A stretch of 64,000 bases of DNA from the human T2T-CHM13v2.0 reference genome, Homo sapiens: NCBI RefSeq assembly GCF_009914755.1, contig NC_060947.1; one strand, 5' to 3'. The position numbers and the translations under genes are program-made. Of the stretch, positions 52,670 through 64,000 are shown piece by piece (position 1 is the first letter of the stretch; the number at the start of each line of letters is the position of its first letter). The notes below the pieces were generated by a model. The model was not told the origin of the DNA. It worked only from the letters and a program-made list of their open reading frames with translations, and made no database searches.

Positions 52670-53562
52670 TAACTTTAAATTGGACATAAGTAGTATACAG
52701 CTATTTGTTCTCTATTATTCTCGGAGGAAAAGAAGTTCCAGTTACAGAGGTCAGCTCACACTGACAGCCTGCCTGCTCCTGTCTGCATTCTTTTGGGACA
52801 TATGCAATGTACGATAAGGATAAGTTAAGATGAAACTTTGTGTAAATGTCACATGCAGTTACAGGTATTAGAAAAATACATGTATTTTTAACTAGCTACA
52901 TCTTTTTTTCAGTTTTTTTAAATCTAGGAAAGAGTCACAGAGATGCAAAAAGTTCTTCAAATTTGGTACAAGTTGATATGAATATATGCCCAGCGACAGT
53001 TTTCTTAATTTCACTTTCTCCTAAGCCTCCTATAACTTTTGACATTACTTATTTTTTTCTAATTGAACTATAAGTTCCCTGAAGGAAATCACATTGGAAT
53101 CACACCTGGCACTTCCTCCTCCCTTACTGCCTATTTCTAATCTGTCACCCAGTACTCCACTGAGCTCTAAAACACAGACATGGCCAATGTGTCCTTCTAA
53201 GAATTTCCAGTGAGCTCAAATGCCTATTGTACCATGTGTAAACTTTTCTGCTTGGTTTCCAAAGTCCTCACGATTGATTCTGTGTTGGCTGCACTCCTGT
53301 TGGACTTGTTCTGTTCAGCACTAATCCCACCCTCTGTTCTTCTCTGTAAAAACGCTGAGCATTTATCTCAGGCCCTGTGCCATCCCCAGTTCCCCTATGA
53401 TGCTCTAATTTGTGCCTGAGTGAACTTTTGGTCTGACTGTCACACTAGGCAGAGCTGCCTCCCCCAACATTGCACTGTAGAGATGGTCCAGCGTACAGCA
53501 GAGTTGAAAGAATTTCACAGAACACCTGTATCCCTAAGTCACCACCCAGAATGTACTCTCTA

Positions 53563-53870
53563 TTTTTTTTTTTTCCTTTGAGACAGAGTCTTGCTCTGTC
53601 ACCCAGGCTGGAGGGCAGTGGCATGATCTCGGCTCACTGAAACTTCCACCTCCTAGGCTCAGGTGATTCTCCCACCTCAGCCTCCTAAGTAGCTGAGACT
53701 ACAGGCAGGCGCCACCACACCTGGCAAATTTATCATCATCATCATTATTATATTTTGTAGAGACACGGTTTCACTATGTTTCCCAGGCTAGTCTTTAACT
53801 CCTGAGCTCAAGTGATCCTCCCACCTTGGACTCCCAAAGTGCTGGGATTACAGGCATGAACCACCACCTG
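53563..53870 (-). mobile_element. AluJ
   Basis: J diagnostics; (ATC)n linker. Confidence 0.9.
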
Positions 53871-54243
53871 TAAGACTGTATTCTTAACAAGGTGATAGCA
53901 TAATAGTTTGGGCTATGAGTAGAAATGTCTAAAGGCTGGTTGAAATGAGCCCAGTCTACCTATTTATGTGGACTTAGCCCTTATTCATTAAGAAATATGC
54001 AGGTTTCCACGAAAAAGAGTAGAATCTACCACGTCCCTTGTTTATTAATTGTGAATATTATCTCACAACTTCAACCCTGGTATTATACAAAAAAAGACAG
54101 ATACCGAATATACACAAAACTTAGGCTGGCAAAATGAGTCTACTCTATCTGTTTATGCAGTTTAACATGTATAACTTTCTTGAAAATAGAACAGAAAAAC
54201 AAAAACAAAAATAATTTTTTTAAAACCTGAAATTCAGCTCCTA

Positions 54244-54657
<414 letters not shown>

Positions 54658-55878
54658 TCAACCCTAGAAGTGATATGTAAGCAATGCCATCATTTTTGTT
54701 TCACAACAATGATGGCATTTTTGTGGCTGGGAACAGAGAGCCCTGGGGTGCCTCCCAGCTTGGTCGCTCAAGTCCCCACCAAGCAATGAGTGTGCTCACA
54801 CTCGCAAGTCTCAGGACCTGGCGTTCGGCACATGGAGGCCCTCTACCCACTGGGTCTCTGGCCTTCAGGGGATGTGTTGGCAGATGTCGCACCCTGCCTG
54901 GCACACAGTGGGCGGGTGCTTTCACTCGATGGGTGCTCATTATCCTGAAGGTGGTTTCTGGGGGGCTTCTGAAGGTGGCCTTATGTTTGCTTGATATTTT
55001 TTAGAACAAAATAATGATACATGAATAACTTAGAAAATATTCTCAGTGAAAACTTGATTCTTTAATGTCAGCTCTGTTGGACACTTTCTCCTAGTAAGAT
55101 GGGAATTAATATTTAACATAATTAATAACCCTTTGATCCTACTTGTTTTTGACTACTTTCCTATGACTACTACTACTACTATGCCTAATTAACCTGGTGA
55201 CACCTATGGCATGATCAATTCCCTAAGGCAATTCCCTAAGAGATTCAGAAGTCTCTTCAGTGACTGATGATTTAATGGAATGCCCTTGAACTCTGGAGGC
55301 ATGCTGCTCCTGTGAGCTCACACCCACACTGCGGGCAAGAAGCAGCAGCAGGGCCTGACTGAAGAGCTCCAAGATCGTCCACACGGCCCCTGGCCACTGC
55401 CTCCTGTATTCCTGACACAAATGCCAAGTACAAAACCAGGGCTGCTTCCCTGACAGGAGCTTGGGAAAAACTTCCTTTAGTATTACAATATGCACATCAC
55501 AGGAGGAAGACCCACAATGTGTCACTGTCTCTAAGTAAGAAGCATGAGAGGAAACATTTCATTTCTGCAAGAGAAATATATCTGTAAGTAAATGTAGATT
55601 AATAATAAGGAAAATGTTTAGAACTTTCTAAAAGCTAAATGACTTTTAAAAAATGCAACTGCTCATTTTTCTTTGACAAGTCTAAAACAAACATTGTCAA
55701 TGAGAACACCAAGATGTTAAAACACAATTCATTCCATGGGCCTCTTTGCAGGGTACCTTGTGAGAGAAATTCCTCCTCATGAGGGCCCTTGCTCTGTGGG
55801 TTTCACCATAACTGGTCCCATGCAATGGCAGCATGTGGTTTCCACATACACTTTGCTTCCATATACATTTTAAAACAT

Positions 55879-56188
55879 GGCTAATTTTTTGTGGAGACAG
55901 GGTCTGGCTATGTTGACCTGGCTGGTCTCAAGCTACTGGGCTCAAGCATCCTCCTGCCTCAGCATCCCAAAGTGCTGGGATTACAGGTGTGAGCTGCCAC
56001 ACCCGGCTGCGCATGGTGGTGTGTGCCTATGGTCCCAGCTACTTGGGAGGCAGAGGCAGAAGGATTGCTGACGCCCAGGAAATGGAGGTTGCAGTGAACT
56101 ACGATTGTGCTACCACCGCCTATGGCCTGGACAACAAAGGGGACCCTATCTGAAAAACAAAAGGAAAACAAAACCAAAACCAAAAAAC
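55879..56188. mobile_element. AluJ-type element with inverted left monomer (head-to-head monomers)
   Basis: Left arm and linker on the minus strand (55879-56007); right arm and tail on the plus strand (56005-56188). Confidence 0.85.
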
Positions 56189-56819
56189 CCCACATGAAAC
56201 ACCATGTTTCCATTAACAGAGTACCTTGCAAAACAAGGACTGCCTGTACTTGAAATTCCGTTTAATTGCCTTAGCTATAGGAACAGCTCATGTTAACAAG
56301 GCAAATATTTCACCTTGTCTTTATCAGTTTGTAAATACAGAACTGAATGCAAGTGCCAACATACTCTGATCGCTTCTGGGACATGGTTATGGAGTGCAGC
56401 ACCTTCACTTTTCTAGTGAACAATAACTCAGGTTAAACAACAACAACAAAAATGGTGTTTCTGGGAAGAAGGCTTTATAGCCTGAAGCTATGGAATAATT
56501 CTTCCACAAGGGGGAAATTCTAAGGAAAAATGAACATGTTGCAGAGGAATTTGTAACAGGGTGCCAAGCATGCAGACATACACATGTCCAGACATAAGAA
56601 GCAGATACATGTTCCCACTGGGAGCTGTTCCAGCCGCACCTGGAGGCTCAGCCTTGACTCTCTGACTTACTAGCTGGGAGGTCTCAGGCACGTCCCACGT
56701 TAAGCAATTGCAGTCAAGTTGAATTCAATAATGAGACTTAAATCAAGAATGAGATTTCAATCAGCCCAGGTATGTGTGTTGCTAAGAATGCCCCACTGTC
56801 TTTCAATGACTGTTTATAG

Positions 56820-57850
<1,031 letters not shown>

Positions 57851-59004
57851 GTGTACTGAGGCACAGGTTCCGGCTGCCTCTATAGGCTCAAGGTAGTAAG
57901 TTGCACCCTGGGCAAAAAACAAAACAAAACAAAACAACAACAACAAAAAACAGGTCTTTCAAGACTACTCCGGTAGCTCCGCTTTATTGGGAAGGTTTCT
58001 GAGTAATTTCCCTGAGCTCGTGATTGGTGTCACTGGTTAGTAATGAGAGGTGAGGCCTGAAAAAGACCTCTCACTGAAAGGCTCTTCCCCACAAACCACA
58101 AAAGTCCTCACATGCAGGAACCCAGGGGAAGCAGGCATTTGCAGAGACTCCCCGACGGATGCCCTCCCCAGCTGCTTACACTTACATCGCCAGCGGGAGC
58201 CCCCCTTTCAAGGGTGACTTCCTGTGATTCTGGAATCTGTACCTGCAGATCGTTCAGGCCAAGGACTCCATCTTGGCAGTCACAGAACGGTCAGAGGAAT
58301 CTGGAGCCAGGCCCAGCCACCACAAGCGGTCGGCTCTCTAAACGCTCTGCCCAGGTCACCTGAGGAGGAGCCTTATTTAACAAGAAGAGGGAGCCAGGGG
58401 CCGTCTCCACTGCATACCCTGCATGGTCAAGCAGCCGTGGTGCGGGACAGGGGGTGCCACGGCATACAAGCCCACCAGCTGCCACTTTCCAATGGAGAAA
58501 TGGATGGAAGTCCAAAAACTTGGCGATAAAAACCCAGCGTCACTACACAAGCAAAAACTGCAGCAACCAACGAGCACTCTATAAGCAGTTGGGGAGGGGA
58601 AGTGAGTTTTAGTGATTTACATCTGAACTGCAGTGAATACTCACCTTAAAGCCTGCACCTAGACAATAAGACTGTTTTAAGCCCCACATCATTAAAACCG
58701 CCGCTTCCCTGGAAAATGTCTGAATAGGCCTTGTTCTGGCACTGTAAGCTTCTCAGATTGTCCCTGAGACCCAGTGGATTCTGGCTGAGTCTCCCTGGCC
58801 TGGTGACTTAGGTGCGGCCACGATTCCTCACAAAATCTTCCAACCAGACCATCTCCCTGCCCACATACCCAAGTTCTAGGGAGCATTGCAAAGTGGCCTT
58901 CAACAGCACAAACCACAACTTTTCACATTTAGCAAACACTACATGGATATTATTTGGTGGAACATGGTTGTGGAACACGGCCCGTGTCACCGGCACCCAC
59001 TTAC

Positions 59005-59234
59005 CTTCTCCATAGCAGGAGGGGGAGAGAACCTCTTGGCACAAGCTAGGAAGATGTCCGGGTCTGGCTTGCCATGCTGCACTTCGGGGTCATCTCCCAG
59101 CACAATGTGGGAAAACAAGCTGAAGAACTCCTTGTGGCGGCTTGTCTTCATATCGAACGACGCGGACCCCGAGCTGGTGGCCAGTGCAAAGGGGATGCCA
59201 TGTTTCCGCAGGTGGATGATGAGTTTCTCCGCCC
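59005..59234 (-). CDS. PUDP: PUDP/HDHD1 internal coding exon (exon 3), pseudouridine-5'-phosphatase, HAD superfamily
   Basis: Translates as (G)[76 protein letters not shown], with HAD motif II (ATSS) and motif III (GKPDP). Acceptor CCTCCTCCCCAG|GG and donor AAG|GTAAGT; 230 bp; ends in phase 0. Confidence 0.97.
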
Positions 59235-60082
59235 CTGGGGAGGAGGAGGGAAGGACTGAGGTGAGGGGCGAGGCCTCCACCATAAGACCTTCTTGCAGGG
59301 ACAGTCCCTCCAGCTGTGTGGCAGCACACTCTCAGGCTGCTCCTTTTGAGGAATTTCTGACCTAGGACAGATTGTCTAAAAGCGGTTGTCAGCTCCACAA
59401 CATCCCTGCTCAAATAAAACAAACCAAAAAATCAAAAAAGCTATTGGCGGTTGAGCGATACGTTTCCCAAAGGAACAGAAGAAGAGCGCACTGGGAGGCA
59501 CTGCTGCTTTGCCTGCTGGGCCTCCTTATGAAACGTGGAGAAGGGCAGAGAGCAGGCCCAGGAGGTGACTGGACCTGGGATCTGGCCAGGGCACCGGGGA
59601 AGGCCCTTCAGCAGGGCCTCGCTGAACCATACTTTTTTTTCCAGAGCAGTAAATACACAAGGACTATGCTTTTGGTGTTTTCTGCAAAAATGCTGTATTC
59701 TACAGAAAACACTTCAATCATTCTTCACCCTGCTAAGGAGAGGAAATTACACAAAGGCGTCCACCAGATGCTGAAGAAGGCTGTGGCTGAGGGACTGCTG
59801 CAGCGCTACTTAACAAGGGATCAGGGGACAAAAGAAAGCTGCTGAACACAGCTGATCAACAGCAACGTGCCATATGAAAAGAGCATCCTCACACTGTCAT
59901 TAGCCACACGGATTAACTACAGGGACCACACAGGTCCATGGAGGTCATCATAGAGCCAATCATGAGAGGACTAGTTATCAGAAAGAATCAAAAATACCAG
60001 GAGTCCTTCCTACCTTTAACTTATGCGACTAGCACAACAGGAACATCTAAATCCACACAAGGTGTGACGGTTTGCCTAAAAT

Positions 60083-60377
60083 TTCATTTTATTTTTCAGA
60101 CAGGGTCTCACTCTGTTGCCCAGGCTGGAGTGCAATGGCTGATCTTGGCTCACTGCAACCTCGGCCTCCCAGGTTCAAGCGATTCTCCTGCCTCAGCCTC
60201 CAGAGTAGCTGGGACTACAGGCATGTGCCACCACGCCCAGCTAATTTTTGTATTTTTAGTAGAGATGGGGTTTCACCATGTTGGCCAGGCTGGTCTCAAA
60301 CTCCTGACCTCAGGTGATTCGCCTGCCTCAGCCTCTCAAAGTACTGGGATTACAGGCATGAGCTACCACGCCTGGCC
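60083..60377 (-). mobile_element. AluSx-like
   Basis: Full dimer; flanking TAAAATT duplication. Confidence 0.93.
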
Positions 60378-60599
60378 TAAAATTATTTTAAATAATTGTA
60401 TAATCATGCCTATTTTAATAATGTCATGATTTAATGTCCCTACTTTGTCAATTGTTACACAAAACAATCAACAGACTCATTTTTTCCGAACACCTACAGT
60501 CATTCAGGATAAGGTAACAGATATCTGGAGCACCTGACCCTCTAAAGATTTTTAAAAGGAAGGCATGGACAGATCATAATGTAGTTCCAGGACAAAGTT

Positions 60600-62330
60600 A
60601 AATAAAGCAAATGAAATCAAGCAAAATCTAGCACTCCACTGGGTGTAGAATTCATAGTGTCTAACATTCAATCAAAAATTACCATGCTGCAAAGAAGCAA
60701 ATACCACCCACAATCAGGAGAAATAGACACAGAAATGATAGAGACAGATGGAATTAGCAGATCATGACCTTATGTAACGGCTTTATAAGTATTATAAACA
60801 CACCTAAGATAGACACTATCAGAATAAAAAAGAAAAACAAAAGACCCAACTACATGTTGTCTACAGAAACCTACTTTAAATATAACTACACAGATAGATT
60901 GAAGATAAAAGGATAGAAAACTACATACCACATAACTATTGCTCAAAAGAGAGCCAGGTTACTTACATTAATAACAAACAAGCCTTTAGAACAATGAATG
61001 ACTATCATCAGGGATAAATAGGGACATTTCATAATGACAAATAGATCAGTTCATCAATAAGACATAATTCTAAATGTGTAAACATCAAATAGCAGAGCTT
61101 CAGAATGCATAAAGCAAAAACCAATAGAACTGAATGGAGAAACACAAACGTAGAAGGAAGTTTAAAACTCCTCTATCAGTAATTGATAAAACAAGTAGAC
61201 AGAAAAGAAGTAAGGACACAGCAGACTTCAGAACCACTGTCAAGCAACCTGACCTAATTGACGTTTATGTAATACTTCTCCCAACAACAGCAGAAACCAC
61301 ATTATTTTTAAGTGCACGTGGAACATTCAACAAGAAATATCCTATTATAAGGATAAAACTATTCTCAAAAATTATAAAATACTTAAAATCATACAGAATA
61401 CCTTATCTAACGATGGTAGAATTAAAATAGACATTAATAATAGGAATGTGGAAAATCACAAATATTTGGATGTTACACTTCTATGTAAGACATGGGTCAA
61501 AGATGAAATCACAAAGGGAAACTAGGTAATATTTTGTAGAGAACTAAAAACTACCAAAATTTCTGGGATGTGGCTAAAACATTGCTTCGATGAAAACTGA
61601 TGGCATTGAGTGATATGTTAAATAATAAGGTCTCAAATAAGTGATCTAAGTTGCCACATTGAAAACCTGAAAGAAAGAAGTTCAATGATTTAAGCTTTTA
61701 CCTTAAGAAAGTGAAGGAAAAGAGCAAATTAAACCCAAAACAAATAAAAGGAAGGAAATAATAAACATGAGAGAGAAAATCAATGAAATAAAAGTAGAAT
61801 ACAGAAAACCAACTAAATCAAAAGCGAGTTGTTTGAGAAGAGCAATTAAATTAGTAGACTCCTAGCTAAACTGATCAAAAAAATAAAGAAGATCCAAATG
61901 TACTAACATTAGCAGGGAAAGAGGGGACAGACATCACTACAGATTCTAACATCGATAAAATGATAAAAACTTAATTATTATAGGATTAATGGCAACACAT
62001 TTGACCATTTAGATGAAATGAGATAATTCTTTGAAAGATATAAAACTCCCTCAAGAAGACACAAATAACCTGAATAGCCTTCTGCCTATGAAAGGAATTG
62101 AATTTGTAATTAAAAACCTCCTTCCCACATCTAGGATCAAATGGCCTTGCTGGTAAATTTACCAACTTCCCAAGAAAAAAAGGATGCCAATTCTAAACAG
62201 ACTTTTCAGGAAATTGGAGGGAACACCTCTCAACTCATTTTACATTTTACATCAGCACTTCCCTGATCCCAAAACCAGACAAAAGCCAGACAAGAAAACG
62301 ACAGATCTCATGAACATACATACACATACC
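60600..62330 (+). mobile_element. Ancient L1M fragment (5'/ORF1 remnant plus ORF2 endonuclease region)
   Basis: GACCCAACTACATGTTGTCTACAGAAAC; ORF remnant FKTPLSVIDKTSRQK...QPDLIDVY resembles L1 EN; many stops. Confidence 0.82.
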
Positions 62331-62559
62331 TCCACGCATAAAAACAATATTCAATCAGTGTAGAAGTACTCCACCTAAAGAGCTTCTACAGAACTTGAAT
62401 CCATTAGTTAAAAATACTAAAATGCCACACTATTTCATTAGTTTGCAACAACCACTGATTAGTATCACAGAGGACTATATTTATTAGCTAAATTTCAATT
62501 TAAACCTTAACCTAACTGATGGATGAGATAAAAGGCTCTAATTTTTTTAAAAAAGAGAC

Positions 62560-62729
<170 letters not shown>

Positions 62730-62951
62730 TCATGAACTTCTGTCTGGATATAAACAGTGATTAAAGCTGAGTATCAAAACAATCTGAATTTAAAACAAGA
62801 TTTTTAAATTGCTAGATCACACAATTTTAAACCAATATTTTAAAAAATGGAGCACACTTAAACACATGGCTCTGTAAAACACACTGTATAAAAATTTTCT
62901 TAAAGTACTTTGGTGCTATTAATTTTAAAAACTTAAACAGATTATTTTATT

Positions 62952-63237
62952 ATTATTGTTTTGAGACAGGATCTTGCTCTGTGACCCAGGCTGGAGCAGA
63001 GTCAAACAATCATAGCAGCCTTGACCTCCTGGGCTCAAAACGATTCTCCAGCCTCAGCCTCCCGAATAGCTGGGACTACAGGTGCATGTCACCATGCCTG
63101 GTAAATTTTTTTATGTTTTGTAGAGACAGGGTCTCCCTATGTTAGCTAAGCTAGTCTTGAAGTTCTGCTTCAAGTAATCCTCTTGCCTCGGCCTCTCAAA
63201 GCCCTGGGCTTAGAGATGTGAGCCACTGTACCCGGCC
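62952..63237 (-). mobile_element. AluJ
   Basis: J diagnostics; TSD GATTATTTTATT. Confidence 0.9.
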
Positions 63238-64000
63238 GATTATTTTATTTTAGCTTATCCTTCTTGCATTTCTATTGCTGTGAATTATTTCTAAGGTGGA
63301 GTAGATAAACAAACACACACCAATGTGTCTAGACTGGAATGCAGCTCAACATTCTTATTGATGGAGAATGAATCAAAAACGGTTTTGGACGACTGCTTTA
63401 CACCACCACAACATACTGAGATCTCCAAAATGCTTGGGACTCCTATGAAGATGAAAGCCAAGACAAGACTATGACCACAGTCAGAGATTACGGGACATCC
63501 GTCAATTATACGCCCTCTTTGGGCCTCAATTTTGTCATCTGTCAAAGAGCAATGATTAACGTTCCTCATGGAATTAATTCACAAGAAGAACAATGCCTGG
63601 AAAATGACATGGGTGAGGAAGCCCCAGATAAATGTTAGGTAGTGTCGTTATCATCAGATATAGCTCCAGTGTATCATCAGGAATGAACGATCCTAATCAC
63701 CTGATTCAAAACTGCCTGATGCCTTCACAAAGTTTTTCATCTTTTAAAGAGTGCACACAAACTTTGTCTCACTCAGTGGCTTTCCCTGAGAAGTAAAAGA
63801 CGAAAAAATGCAAATGGAGTTCTGTTCTAGGGAGAAGCTGGTTAATTATGTGTATAAATGAACTCCAGTTCCCAGCTCCTAGAATTTGGTGTGCTTCCGT
63901 GGGTTTACAGGAAGGGCAGAGAGACAGATATCTAGGTATCTGTTGCTCCAAACAATCAGCTCACAGGACACATCTCCAGGGGAAGAACTGGGGAATGTGG

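Noticed and set aside
59005-59234. Rolling-circle endless ORF from the predicted circRNA
   Set aside because: 230 nt is not a multiple of 3, and an alternative frame has a stop (TGA at 59090).
59235-59283. N-terminal [16 protein letters not shown] of ORF 58987-59283 as a protein start
   Set aside because: This is intronic read-through upstream of the acceptor. HAD motif I lies in exons beyond the window.
58886-59845. Plus-strand ORFs of 159 and 157 aa
   Set aside because: The first is the antisense shadow of the GC-rich PUDP exon. The second has a non-ATG start and no recognisable homology.

Overview
This is primate (most likely human) genomic DNA, rich in Alu, L1, MaLR, ERV and hAT repeats. 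It holds the 3' half of PUDP (HDHD1, pseudouridine-5'-phosphatase, HAD family; Xp22.31 from prior knowledge) on the minus strand. Visible parts are a 230-bp internal coding exon (59005-59234), a ~26.7-kb last intron, and a terminal exon (CDS 32081-32257, 3'UTR to an AATAAA at 30722-30727). Positions 1-30.7 kb are downstream intergenic sequence dense in solo LTRs (three MER41-family, MLT2A, MST, THE1, MLT1). There is no prokaryotic system, CRISPR array or RNA gene. The main observations are: (i) two candidate alternative last exons in the last intron (39492-39608 and ~44730-45050), both of which would remove HAD motif IV; (ii) inverted Alus bracketing the 230-nt exon (circRNA or skipping candidate); (iii) two inverted MER41 LTR ends 12.5 kb apart that match at 67/68 nt; (iv) a perfect 36-bp palindrome from a collapsed MADE1 with a paired substitution; (v) an Alu with twin-priming architecture; (vi) LTRs carrying DUX4 or GAS motifs. 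Repeat subfamily calls come from remembered consensus sequences. Boundaries without a stated TSD are approximate.
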